A stretch of DNA of 64,000 bases from Acutalibacter sp. (GTDB lineage: Bacteria > Bacillota > Clostridia > Oscillospirales > Acutalibacteraceae): the NCBI GenBank assembly GCA_022511515.1, contig JAFLRP010000128.1, positions 3,851-67,850 on the forward strand, read 5' to 3'. The notes below the pieces were generated by a model. It was not told the DNA's origin. It searched no databases and saw nothing but the letters and a program-made list of their open reading frames with translations. A program made the translations under genes and the position numbers. The first letter of the stretch is position 1; every line of letters starts with the position of its first letter. Below, piece after piece: positions 35,706 to 45,197 of this stretch.

Positions 35706-37187
35706 ATGAAGAAAGGAAGTGGGCAGGTGGAGGAGCTGAAGAAGGTTTCCGCCCTTGCGGCGGTGAATAAGAAATTTTTCCAGGATCAATTTCAAAATTC
35801 CATGGACTTTATGGCAAGAGATATGGATCTTTCCGGTGTCAAGGCGGTGCTCTTTGCGCTGGACGGTCTGGTGAGCAAGCAGAGCATCACCCTGAGTATT
35901 CTGAATCCCCTCATGCAAAGCGAAATGCCCAAGCACGTGGAGGACAGGCTGGCCTTTATCGAGGAGACCGTGCTGGGCACCATGGAGCAGAAGCGGGAAG
36001 ATAAAATGGACACTCTGCTGGTGCTCCTGATGAGCGGCTTTGCCGTGCTGTGTGTGGACGGCTGCCAGGAGGCGGTGGTGTTCGGGGTGCAGGGCTTCGA
36101 GAGCCGGGGACCGGAAGAACCCCAAAACGAAGTGATGCAGCGGGGGGCCAAGGACGGCTTCACCGAAAGCTACCAGAACAACATGGCCATGATCCGCCGG
36201 CGCATGAAGACCACTGCCCTGAAATTTGAAAAGGCGGAGGTGGGATCCCAAAGCCGCACGCCCCTGGCCTTGTGCTATTTGGAGGGTATCGCATCGGAGG
36301 AGATCTTAGAGCAGGTGCGGAAGCGGCTGCAGGAATGCGACTTGAAAACCGCCCTCGGCGCGGGGTATCTCACCAGCTTTTTGGAGCAGGGCGGGATGTT
36401 CAGCGGCGTGGGCATGACCGAGCGCCCGGATGTGGTCTGCGGGAAAATCGAGGAGGGCAGGATCGCCATTCTGGTGGAGGGCACGCCCAGCGTGCTCTTG
36501 GTGCCGTTCCTATTCGTGGAGAATTTCCAGACGCTGGACGATTACCTGACCCGGCCCTTTTACGCCGCCTTTGTCCGGTGGCTGAAGTACATTGCCTTTT
36601 TCGTCAGCATTCTGCTTTCCGGACTTTACGTGGCCATCACGTCCCACCACCCGGAGCTGCTGCCGGAAAGTCTCATGCTGAAAATCGCTCAAGCGGAAGC
36701 GGAAACACCTTTTCCCGTGCTGGCGGAAACGCTGCTGCTGTTCTTCCTCTACGAAATGCTGCGGGAAGCGGGACTCCGGGCGCCCGGGTCTCTCAGCACC
36801 ACGGTGAGCATCGTGGGAGGTCTTGTCATCGGCGACACGGCGGTTTCGGCAGGGCTGGTCAGCGCGCCGTCTCTCATGGTGGTGGCCCTCACCGCCATTG
36901 CGGGCTACGCCGTGCCGAGACTCTATGAGCCCCTGTCTCTTTTGCGATTAGGATTTCTGCTGGCAGGGGGATTTTTCGGCGTGTGGGGCGTGATGATCGG
37001 CTTTGCCCTGCTGCTCATGGACCTGTGCGGCACGGTGAGTTTCGGCGTGCCGCTGCTCACTCCCGTTTCCCCCTATCGGGGACGGCTTATCAGACGTGAC
37101 GTGGCGGGCAGAGAGGGCTGGAGCAGATTATCCCGCTGGGACGCAAAAGTGCAGGACATGCCCGGCAGCAGAGAGATAGGACAATAA
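35706..37187 (+). CDS. spore germination protein, GerA family A subunit
   Basis: The length and the conserved GerA-family blocks fit (LDGLVSKQSI, TPSVLLVPFLF, membrane C-terminal half). B and C subunit genes follow. Confidence 0.85.
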   Translation: MKKGSGQVEELKKVSALAAVNKKFFQDQFQNSMDFMARDMDLSGVKAVLFALDGLVSKQSITLSILNPLMQSEMPKHVEDRLAFIEETVLGTMEQKREDKMDTLLVLLMSGFAVLCVDGCQEAVVFGVQGFESRGPEEPQNEVMQRGAKDGFTESYQNNMAMIRRRMKTTALKFEKAEVGSQSRTPLALCYLEGIASEEILEQVRKRLQECDLKTALGAGYLTSFLEQGGMFSGVGMTERPDVVCGKIEEGRIAILVEGTPSVLLVPFLFVENFQTLDDYLTRPFYAAFVRWLKYIAFFVSILLSGLYVAITSHHPELLPESLMLKIAQAEAETPFPVLAETLLLFFLYEMLREAGLRAPGSLSTTVSIVGGLVIGDTAVSAGLVSAPSLMVVALTAIAGYAVPRLYEPLSLLRLGFLLAGGFFGVWGVMIGFALLLMDLCGTVSFGVPLLTPVSPYRGRLIRRDVAGREGWSRLSRWDAKVQDMPGSREIGQ

Positions 37188-37201
37188 CAGAGAGGAAAAC
37201 A

Positions 37202-38284
37202 ATGGAAACAGTAAAACACCGAATCAGCTCGTCCCAGTTTTTCATCATGATGTTCGTGTCCCGGGCGGTGGTGACAATCGCCCTGAACGCCCGGTATCTG
37301 GGCGGAGAAAATATGCTGGAAGCTATTCTTTCCTGCGGGCTTGCCATGCTGCTGGGAATAGCCATTGCCCTGCCCATTTGGGGACTGCACCGGGCATATC
37401 CCACTGATACCGTAGGGGACGCTGCCCAGCTCGCTTTGGGCAAGGCGGGGAAAATCGTGCCCCTGTGCTATATTCTGTATTTTATTCTGATCAACGGTTC
37501 GGCACTGGGGCTCTTTCACATCTTTCTGCTGGACACGGTGAACCCGGAGTTTTCCTCTCTGCTGACCATCACAGCGGTGCTGGCGGTGGCGGTGTACGGG
37601 GCGTACCGGGGAATCGAAACGGTGGCCCGGTGCGCCGTGTGCGTGTTTGCCATCTTGCTTCTGAGCACCGGGCTGACTTTTTTTCTTGTGGCGTTTCGGT
37701 TCGACCCGGAAAACTTAGAGCCCCTGTTCTACAACGGCTGGAAGCAGACATTTCAGGGCACAGCGCTGTTTCTGTCGAGAACTTCCGCCTTTGCGGATAT
37801 GGCGGTGCTGCTGCCCATGGTAAACGGCAAAAAAAGGAGAAGTTTTTTCTGCTGGGCAGGGGGGACATTCCTGTTTATCAGCGTGCTGCTTCTGCTGCTG
37901 GCGGGCTGTCTCGGCCCATACGCCGCCACCCAGAATTTTCCCGTCTTTGTGCTGTCATCCCTGACGGAAATCCGCTCCATGCAGCGGATGGACGCAGTGT
38001 TCGTGGGCGTTTGGATGACGGGTATGATCATCAAATTGGCCTGTGACCTGTACGCCTGCCGGGTGTGCTTTTCTTCCCTTACGGGGAAGCGCTGCCCCAA
38101 AACCGCCCTGTCTTTGGCGAGCATTGCCGTTTTGGCACTGGCTCTGTGGGCAACTGCAAGTCCGGAAGCGCAGAAGATGTTATTGGACACGGGACTGCTG
38201 TTCGGCGCTACGGTGGTTATCGGCGGCGGAGTTCCGCTGATTCTGTGGGTCATCAGCAGGCTTCGGAAAAGGAGAGGACAATGA
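37202..38284 (+). CDS. spore germination permease, GerAB-type B subunit
   Basis: ISSSQFFIMMFVSR and a 10-TM APC-like profile are present. Confidence 0.8.
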   Translation: METVKHRISSSQFFIMMFVSRAVVTIALNARYLGGENMLEAILSCGLAMLLGIAIALPIWGLHRAYPTDTVGDAAQLALGKAGKIVPLCYILYFILINGSALGLFHIFLLDTVNPEFSSLLTITAVLAVAVYGAYRGIETVARCAVCVFAILLLSTGLTFFLVAFRFDPENLEPLFYNGWKQTFQGTALFLSRTSAFADMAVLLPMVNGKKRRSFFCWAGGTFLFISVLLLLLAGCLGPYAATQNFPVFVLSSLTEIRSMQRMDAVFVGVWMTGMIIKLACDLYACRVCFSSLTGKRCPKTALSLASIAVLALALWATASPEAQKMLLDTGLLFGATVVIGGGVPLILWVISRLRKRRGQ

Positions 38285-39369
38285 GAAAAAGAGCGTTTTG
38301 CCTGCTGCTGTGCGGCATTCTTATCCTAACCCTCACCGGCTGCACCGGCAGAGAACTGTACGAGCGGCTGCTGATCCACGGTATCGGCGTGGACAAAGAA
38401 CCCGACGGCAGCTATACCGTTACGGTGCGCTCCTCCGTTTCGACGGAAGACGCGGGGGAAGAATATTTCAAATGTCAGGGCAAAACCGTGCTGGAGGCCC
38501 TCAACAGTCTTTCTTTATCTACCGGGCGGAAGCCCTTTTATGCTCACAATTATCTGGTGGTGTTCGGAAAAAGCTGCGCTGAGCAAGGACTGGACGGATG
38601 TCTGGATTTTTTTGTGCGGTACTATAACACCCGTCCCGCGGTACAGATGTATCTGGCGGAGGGAAAAGCGGAGGATATCCTGAGTTTTCAAAAGGATGGA
38701 AAATATCTGAAAATGGGAGAACTTCAGCAGTTGGGGGACAGCAGCCGGGACACCGGACGCACAGTAGGCACGGAAATCCTTGACTTCGTAGCAGGTGTAA
38801 AGCGTCAGGGCTTTTCACCTGTTCTGCCGGTACTGCGGGCGGAGGAGGACGGCGTCAAAATCGTCTCCACCGCCTATTTTGACAACTACGCCCTCAAGGG
38901 CTTTTTGACCTTGGACGAAACAAGGGGATATTTGGCCATCAAGGAAAAACTGAAAAACGGGGAAGCTGTGGTGGAGGCCGGAGGCAATCTGGGGACGGTG
39001 ACCCTGTCCCTTTCCGACGGCTGCGGGAAGATATCCTGCCCAAAAAAGAAAGACAACCCGCCCGGATTTTTTTTGCAGGTGCAGGTGACCGGAGACGTCA
39101 GCGCCGTGTCCGGCGGAAAAGAACTGCTGACAGAGGAGGATTATCTCAGGCTGGAAAAGCTGCTCGCCGAGGAATTGCGGCAGGAGATCGAGGGGGCGCT
39201 TGACAAAACTGTGCGCACCGATTCCTGCGACATTTTCGGCTTTGGGGCCTTGCTGTACCGGGAAGAACCGGACACCTGGCGGCAGATCTCCGGAGAATGG
39301 AAAACCCTGATGACCCAATGCAGCTATGAAATAGAGGTAACGGCAAAGGTCTGCCGGTTGGCGCAATAG
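38281..39369 (+). CDS. Ger(x)C family germination lipoprotein
   Basis: MRKRAFCLLLCGILILTLTGC provides the lipobox, followed by RELYERLLIHGIGVDKE. An ATGA overlap joins it to the B subunit gene. Confidence 0.8.
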   Translation: MRKRAFCLLLCGILILTLTGCTGRELYERLLIHGIGVDKEPDGSYTVTVRSSVSTEDAGEEYFKCQGKTVLEALNSLSLSTGRKPFYAHNYLVVFGKSCAEQGLDGCLDFFVRYYNTRPAVQMYLAEGKAEDILSFQKDGKYLKMGELQQLGDSSRDTGRTVGTEILDFVAGVKRQGFSPVLPVLRAEEDGVKIVSTAYFDNYALKGFLTLDETRGYLAIKEKLKNGEAVVEAGGNLGTVTLSLSDGCGKISCPKKKDNPPGFFLQVQVTGDVSAVSGGKELLTEEDYLRLEKLLAEELRQEIEGALDKTVRTDSCDIFGFGALLYREEPDTWRQISGEWKTLMTQCSYEIEVTAKVCRLAQ

Positions 39370-39449
39370 TTGACAAAGCGTTCCCTTCGCCAACTACGCA
39401 AAAAGGCGAAACTCCCTGTTTCGCCTTTTCATGGGAAATTGTGCTTCAT

Positions 39450-39944
39450 TTACGGGTTGTCCGCACGGGGCGGAACGACAAATGCGTAAAAAGTCAGCTT
39501 GTCTGTGAAAACACCTGCAGCAGGATGATCGGCCAAGGTAAAGACCATCGTTGCGGACAGATTTTCCGGTTCTGTCTCGTTCGTTACCCGAAGCACATCT
39601 TGGTAAGTTGAGGAAAGCGGTACACCGTCAACCGTTGCGGTATAGGCAAGGGTGGTGTCGCTGTTGTCAGAGGACAAGAGCCAGTTACCCTCACTGATAG
39701 CCGCCACTATCAGCGTAAAGCCGTCCTCAAGGGAAAGATCGCTGACGGTGACTGTGCCCGCAACACTCTCACCCTTCGGTTTGAGCTTGATCTCTGTCGG
39801 AATGGAGACCGTATAGCTGTCGGCAAAATCCGCAATAACAGTGGTCTCGTAAATGTCGTTTTTGAATTTCCCGTCCACGGCTGTAGAAGCTGTCATCATG
39901 GTGAAAAAGGCAGCGATCGCCGAGATCACAGACAGTATCTTCAT
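39450..39944 (-). CDS. secreted hypothetical protein
   Basis: The signal peptide is MKILSVISAIAAFFTMMTAST and the body is beta-rich. GGAGGGG lies upstream of the ATG at 39944. Confidence 0.5.
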   Translation of the reverse strand: MKILSVISAIAAFFTMMTASTAVDGKFKNDIYETTVIADFADSYTVSIPTEIKLKPKGESVAGTVTVSDLSLEDGFTLIVAAISEGNWLLSSDNSDTTLAYTATVDGVPLSSTYQDVLRVTNETEPENLSATMVFTLADHPAAGVFTDKLTFYAFVVPPRADNP

Positions 39945-39997
39945 CAAAGTGATCCCCTCCTTTCCAAATAGAATGGCTGCAAATCAGCCCTTTGAAG

Positions 39998-40543
39998 CTA
40001 CTCGACTTTGAGGACCGTTTGCATATCGGCGTTGTTGGTCGGGGTCAGATTGCCGTCCATTCGGTAGGGCTGAACGTGTATCACAGCGTTGTATGCGCCC
40101 GACGCAAGTCCGTGGGAGAGCGTGGCCGTTTTGACGTGCTTCCCCGGCTCGATGAACTGCGAGGTGTACAAGACCTCATAGCCCTGTTCGCTGTCGTCAA
40201 GAAGCCGAAGTTCAAATGTCAGATAACAGAATCCGCCGTTTTCCTCCGGGTTGTAAAAGTCTACAGCTATTTTGTCGGTATCCGCGGGGATCGTGATCGA
40301 ACCCCATCCGGGGATCGTCACACTCCGTATACCGGGCTTTTCAGGCGGCTGCAGGGCGGCGTCAGGGTCGAGGATCAGTTCAATTCCACCTGCCGGCGGT
40401 GAAGCGGCCTCAGGCGGGCCAAACGCCGATGTAAACGCGGCTATGCTCGCAGCCAGAAGAAAGATTGCCAGTATTAATATGATAATCAAATGTTTTGTCA
40501 CTCTACCCGGCTTGGTATCGGGAGAGGCAGTGTTTTGATTCAA
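39998..40543 (-). CDS. membrane-anchored hypothetical protein
   Basis: It has a single TM LIIILILAIFLLAASIAAF and an extracytoplasmic domain. It has a TTG start. Confidence 0.5.
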   Translation of the reverse strand: MNQNTASPDTKPGRVTKHLIIILILAIFLLAASIAAFTSAFGPPEAASPPAGGIELILDPDAALQPPEKPGIRSVTIPGWGSITIPADTDKIAVDFYNPEENGGFCYLTFELRLLDDSEQGYEVLYTSQFIEPGKHVKTATLSHGLASGAYNAVIHVQPYRMDGNLTPTNNADMQTVLKVE

Positions 40544-40624
40544 TGTGTCTCATCGCCTTTCACGTAGATGTATCAGAGGACAACCTTATTGTATGCCAAT
40601 ATGCCCCCGGGTGTTACGGGGCAT

Positions 40625-40657
40625 AAAAAACCGCCCTGCGCATCGTGCGCAGGGCGG
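40625..40657 (-). terminator. intrinsic terminator of asnB (copy 1)
   Basis: On the minus strand, CCGCCCTGCGCA-CGA-TGCGCAGGGCGG is followed by TTTTTT. Confidence 0.7.
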
Positions 40658-40695
40658 GACAAGGTCATATTTTCTTTCAGGACGAAGCGGGCGGG

Positions 40696-42552
40696 TCAGT
40701 TTTTCACAAAGAACTGCTCGTACCACACGATAAAGGTGTAGAAAGACCAGATTTTTTGCATGTTTAAGGCTTTGCCGGCCTTGTGGTCGTCGAGAAGCTT
40801 CATCAGCTCCCCGGTGACGAAGAATTTCTCCGCGATATCGCTTTGAAATGCTTCTTTCACTTTGTTGTAGTATTTGTCCTCCCTGAGCCAGTCGGACAGC
40901 GGCACGGGGAAGCCCAATTTCTTTTTGTTGGCTGTGCGCTCCGGCAGTTGCTTGATGGCGGCGCTGCGCAGGGCTTTTTTGGTGGTTTCCGTCTGGCAGT
41001 CCGCCCGGAAACGGGTGGGAATGCGGGTGGAAAGCTCCAGCATTTTCCTATCTAAAAAAGGCACCCGCAGCTCTAAGGAATTGGCCATGCTCATGCGGTC
41101 GGCTTTTAAGAGAATGTCATAAATCATCCAAGTGTGCATGTCCACATACTGAAGCTGGGTGGGCTCGTCCAGGTGGGAGACTTCATCGAAATAGCGCTTG
41201 CTGTATTCTTCCGGCAGTTTGGAAGTGATGGGGCGCTTCAAATACTTTTGGCGCTCACGGCTGTCGGTGAACACATAATTGGCCCGCATGAACCGCTGCC
41301 AGGGCTCTTTCGCTCCACGCACCAAAAAGTGCTTCCCCTTGAATTCCGGCAGCACGCCGGCCACCGCACCTGCCAGCCTCCGCAGGGGACGGGGCACTTT
41401 CCGGGTATATTCCGCAAAATGACCGCCCTGCAAATACATGGGATAGCCGCCGAACAGCTCGTCCGCACCCTCGCCGGACAGCACCACCTTTACGTAGTTT
41501 CGGGCGTTCTTCGCCAGAAAATACAGGGGTATCTCCGAGGGGTTGGGCAGGGGCTCGTCCATGAAATACTGGATTTCCGGCATAGCGTCGAAGAATTCGT
41601 CGGCGGAGACCTTGTTGGAAATGTTGGGCACGCCCACCACTTGAGAGAAATCCTGGGCGTAGGGCAGCTCACTGTACTTTTCCTCCTCGTAACCAACGGA
41701 GAAAGTCTTGACCTTCTTGGTGCCCTTGGAGATTTCCTTCACCACATAGCTGGAATCCACGCCGGAAGACAGGAAGCAGCCCACTTCCACGTCGCTGATC
41801 TGGTGCATTGCCACAGATTCGGTGAATTCCTTTGTAATTTCCTCCTCCCAGTATTCCAGGGATTTGTCCTCCTCCGGCTTATACTGGATGCGATAGTACC
41901 GCTCAGTGGTCAATTTTCCGTTTTGATATTCAAAGCAATGGGCGCCGGGAAGCTTGAACACATTCTTGAAAATGGTGGTTTCATTGGGAATGTATTCGTA
42001 GGAAAGATATTCGGGAATGCGTTCCTCATCCAGTTCTTTGTGAAAGCCGGGATGGGAAAGAAAACTCTTGATCTCCGAGCCGAACAGGAAAGTTTTGCCG
42101 TCCAGGTAGTAGTAAAAGGGCTTGATTCCGAAAATGTCCCGAGCGCCGAAGAGCTTTTTCGTTTCCTTGTCCCAAATGGCAAAAGCAAACATGCCCCGAA
42201 GCTTTTGCAAAATCCCCTTGCCGTATTCCTCAAATCCATGGAGGATCGTCTCGGAATCGGAACGGGTGGTAAAGGTGTGCCCGGCTTTGATCAGCTCCTC
42301 CCGCAGGGACTGATAGTTGTAGATTTCGCCGTTAAAGAGCAGGGCTTTTGTGCCGTCCTCATTGAGGATCGGCTGCCTGCCGCCCTCCAAATCGATGATG
42401 GACAGCCGCCGGAAGCCCAGAGAAATGTCCTCGTCCACATAATAGTGGGCGTCGTCCGGCCCCCGGTGGATAATTCGATTCGCCATATCGTGGATGACCT
42501 TTTCGGGGTCGCCCACCTCCGGGGTGTTAAAAAAACCTGCAAATCCGCACAT
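40696..42552 (-). CDS. asnB: asparagine synthase (glutamine-hydrolysing), copy 1
   Basis: MCGFAGF carries the Cys2 nucleophile. RGPDD and the SGGVDSS-like PP-loop LSSGVDSS are present. The length is 618 aa. Confidence 0.9.
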   Translation of the reverse strand: MCGFAGFFNTPEVGDPEKVIHDMANRIIHRGPDDAHYYVDEDISLGFRRLSIIDLEGGRQPILNEDGTKALLFNGEIYNYQSLREELIKAGHTFTTRSDSETILHGFEEYGKGILQKLRGMFAFAIWDKETKKLFGARDIFGIKPFYYYLDGKTFLFGSEIKSFLSHPGFHKELDEERIPEYLSYEYIPNETTIFKNVFKLPGAHCFEYQNGKLTTERYYRIQYKPEEDKSLEYWEEEITKEFTESVAMHQISDVEVGCFLSSGVDSSYVVKEISKGTKKVKTFSVGYEEEKYSELPYAQDFSQVVGVPNISNKVSADEFFDAMPEIQYFMDEPLPNPSEIPLYFLAKNARNYVKVVLSGEGADELFGGYPMYLQGGHFAEYTRKVPRPLRRLAGAVAGVLPEFKGKHFLVRGAKEPWQRFMRANYVFTDSRERQKYLKRPITSKLPEEYSKRYFDEVSHLDEPTQLQYVDMHTWMIYDILLKADRMSMANSLELRVPFLDRKMLELSTRIPTRFRADCQTETTKKALRSAAIKQLPERTANKKKLGFPVPLSDWLREDKYYNKVKEAFQSDIAEKFFVTGELMKLLDDHKAGKALNMQKIWSFYTFIVWYEQFFVKN

Positions 42553-42574
42553 AAACCGTCACTCCTCATTTGAG

Positions 42575-43198
42575 CTATATTGATTTCTCTAAAGTCAACA
42601 GTCCCGCGCAATGGGAAATCTGCTGGAATTCCATTTGGGGAAAAGCCTCTTTCAGTTCGTCAAACACGAAGTAGATTTCATCGCTGTCCCAACCATCGCC
42701 CACTTGAGCTTTACACTGCTCCAGCTCCCTGCGGGTCTGAAACGCCACATCTCCGATACAGATGCAGCCGCCCTCATTTAGCAGCGGCCAAAGCTCTTTC
42801 AGAAAATCGACTTTCTGCGGGTCTGTCAGGTGGTGCAGAGAATAGGTGGCGATTACCGCGTCGTAGCGATTCTGCTTCAATTCCTCCGCCAAGCCTTGAG
42901 AAAAATCTCCGAGATACAGATGTGCCTCCGGTATTTTCTCCTGTGCCAGCCGAAGCATCTCCGGGGAAAAATCCTGCCCGAAAATGTGACAGCCCTGCTC
43001 GTACAGCTTCGCGGTGAGAGTTCCCGTGCCGAAGCCAATATCCAGTACGGTTTTTCCGGGGAGAGAAAGCACCCGGTTATAAATTTCATTCAAAATATCC
43101 CGATATCCGGCAAAGGGATAGGTTCCATCTTCGTCGGAGAGACCGACGCTTTTGTCATATCCATTTGCCCATAAATCGAAACCTTTACTACTTAGCAT
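42575..43198 (-). CDS. class I SAM-dependent methyltransferase
   Basis: VLDIGFGTGTLTAKL is motif I. The start at 43198 has AGGAGG upstream; the track start is 43219. Confidence 0.8.
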   Translation of the reverse strand: MLSSKGFDLWANGYDKSVGLSDEDGTYPFAGYRDILNEIYNRVLSLPGKTVLDIGFGTGTLTAKLYEQGCHIFGQDFSPEMLRLAQEKIPEAHLYLGDFSQGLAEELKQNRYDAVIATYSLHHLTDPQKVDFLKELWPLLNEGGCICIGDVAFQTRRELEQCKAQVGDGWDSDEIYFVFDELKEAFPQMEFQQISHCAGLLTLEKSI

Positions 43199-43215
43199 GG
43201 TTCCTCCTGCAATTA

Positions 43216-43929
43216 TCAAATCAGCTTTTTGTACTCCTGCTTTAAGGGCGCGCCGCAGACCTCCACCGCACGCTTGGAAAGGACCTCCAACGCGTCCAGA
43301 TATTCCGGTCCCAGCCCGGCGGCTTTTTTGATAAGGGAAAGCTCCGTGCAGCCCAGCACGATGCAGTCGCAGCCGTTTTGATGCAGCGCTTCCGACACTT
43401 CCCGGAATTTCTCAGGATCGGCGGGCTTTCCCGCCTTGATATCGTCGTAAATCAAGCTCATCACAAGCTTTTGCCCCTGCTCATCGGGCAGGACAGCGGT
43501 AAGCCCCTGGGCTTCAAAAGCCGATTGGAACAGCCCGGTGCTCACCGTGCCGGTGGTGGCCAAAATGCCGGGATGTTTCTTCCCGGCGACTTTTAACTCT
43601 TTCGCCGTTTCCTCCACCATATTGAGGAAAGGGACGGAAACGGAATCCGCCAGCTCCCGGTAAAAATAGTGGGAAGTGACGCAGGGGGCGCAGAGACAGC
43701 CCGCCCCCAACTGCTCCAGCGTTTTCGCCGTGGCGGTCATGGAGGGCAGGGGAGAGGGTTTTTGGGGATCTAAAATATGGGCGGTGCGGTCCGGCACATT
43801 GGGACGGTCAAACACGATCACGTCCAAGTGTTCCTGATCGGTTTTCGCGTCGGTCATTTCGATAATAAGCTGTAAAAGATAAGCGGTAGCCATGGGCCCC
43901 AGCCCGCCGATAATGCCCAATGTTTTCAT
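43216..43929 (-). CDS. aspartate racemase family protein
   Basis: MKTLGIIGGLGPMATAYLLQLII is present. The two catalytic-Cys regions are CAPCVTSH and VLGCTELS. Confidence 0.85.
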   Translation of the reverse strand: MKTLGIIGGLGPMATAYLLQLIIEMTDAKTDQEHLDVIVFDRPNVPDRTAHILDPQKPSPLPSMTATAKTLEQLGAGCLCAPCVTSHYFYRELADSVSVPFLNMVEETAKELKVAGKKHPGILATTGTVSTGLFQSAFEAQGLTAVLPDEQGQKLVMSLIYDDIKAGKPADPEKFREVSEALHQNGCDCIVLGCTELSLIKKAAGLGPEYLDALEVLSKRAVEVCGAPLKQEYKKLI

Positions 43930-43961
43930 ACGCGCACCCCCTTTTTAGTCTGCAATCAAAA

Positions 43962-45197
43962 TTAATCCCGTAGCCCTTTATTTCCAAAATAGCGCCTGTA
44001 TTTCTCAAAATAGTGGAACTGATTTTTCATAAAGTTGACCCAGCGCTTCAGGGAACGGTCGCCCTTGTAATAGTAGGACTGGCAGTACTTCCCCTGCCGG
44101 ATCAGCTCCTTGGCCTCCGCTTTGCGGGCGGGGTCTTTCACATACTGGAAAATGATGCGCTTCGGAATAATGGACCACAGCACTTTTTTATCTGCCACCG
44201 TGCAAGGCATATCCTTGTGGTAAATCACATCATCGACAAGCCACTTTGCTAAATTGTACCCGGCGGCGGTCACAAAGAAGCTGCTTCTGCCCTGCCGCAG
44301 GTTCATTTCAAAGAGTTTATACGAGCCGTCCCGGGAATCGTACTTCATGTCGAAATTGGCAAAGCCCACGTAGCCGATGCCTTCCAAAAAGCCCTTCATC
44401 ATGTCACTGAGCTTTTCGTCGTACCCGTTGATGATGGCGGCATAGCTGCCGATGCCCTCGGGGGAATGCTCCTCCAGCAGGGCATTGCCCAAGGCAATGA
44501 GCTTGACCTTTTTATCCCTGCCGCAATAGCAGTTCATCACCCGCATATTGCTGTCGTCCCCGGGAATGTATTCCTGGAGGATCAAGTGGTCGTGGTAGGA
44601 GGAAGAATAGATGGCCTTGAGAATGGCTTCAAATTCCTCTCTGGTTTCCGCTACAAACACCTTTTTCTTGTGGGGGAAGCGGCAGTTCCAGTAGGCCACG
44701 GAATTGGAGGGCTTTATGATGACAGGAAAGTCAAAGGGAAGCTCCAGATTTTCGTGATTTTCATAGGAGCAGGTAGTGGTTTTCGGGAAAGAAAATCCGT
44801 GTTCGGTGCAGACCTGATAGAAGCTCTCCTTGATGGACAGCTTCATCAGCAGATCTTCGCTGATGCATTCAAATTCGTAAACGCCCCGCAATTTCTCCTG
44901 ATTGCGCACCAAGAGCTTGATGTAATTATCCCCGCAGGGCACGAGGAGCAGTTTTTTGCCGCTGTTTTCATACCGCTTCGCAAACTCCAAAAGGGTGGAG
45001 ACAAACACCTCATCGTCTTCCAGATTCGGTTCCACGACCTCCACCGTCACGATCTTGCTGGCGGTGCAGGGGCCCAAAATCCCCTTGCCGACGGCAACGG
45101 AGGAAATCCCGTACTCCTCGTGAAAGGAACGGGCCATGCCGTACACGTTGATATCGCTGCCCAGCAGCACTGGAATAAACTCAATTTTCTCTGCCAT
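43962..45197 (-). CDS. ATP-grasp carboxylate-amine ligase (candidate D-aspartate ligase)
   Basis: The ATP-grasp core pattern is VIIKPSNS...LILQEYIPG...FANFDMKYD...KLFEMNLRQGRS. An Asp racemase gene is adjacent. Confidence 0.7.
   Translation of the reverse strand: MAEKIEFIPVLLGSDINVYGMARSFHEEYGISSVAVGKGILGPCTASKIVTVEVVEPNLEDDEVFVSTLLEFAKRYENSGKKLLLVPCGDNYIKLLVRNQEKLRGVYEFECISEDLLMKLSIKESFYQVCTEHGFSFPKTTTCSYENHENLELPFDFPVIIKPSNSVAYWNCRFPHKKKVFVAETREEFEAILKAIYSSSYHDHLILQEYIPGDDSNMRVMNCYCGRDKKVKLIALGNALLEEHSPEGIGSYAAIINGYDEKLSDMMKGFLEGIGYVGFANFDMKYDSRDGSYKLFEMNLRQGRSSFFVTAAGYNLAKWLVDDVIYHKDMPCTVADKKVLWSIIPKRIIFQYVKDPARKAEAKELIRQGKYCQSYYYKGDRSLKRWVNFMKNQFHYFEKYRRYFGNKGLRD

Noticed and set aside
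35643-36251. A 202-aa minus-strand ORF lies opposite the gerA-family A subunit gene.
   Set aside because: It is a His/Leu/Gly-rich antisense shadow. The + frame is a full-length GerA-family protein followed by the B and C subunit genes.
41134-42573. A 479-aa + ORF lies opposite asnB copy 1. A 366-aa + ORF at 46057..47157 lies opposite copy 2.
   Set aside because: Both are antisense shadows of strongly conserved asparagine synthase frames.
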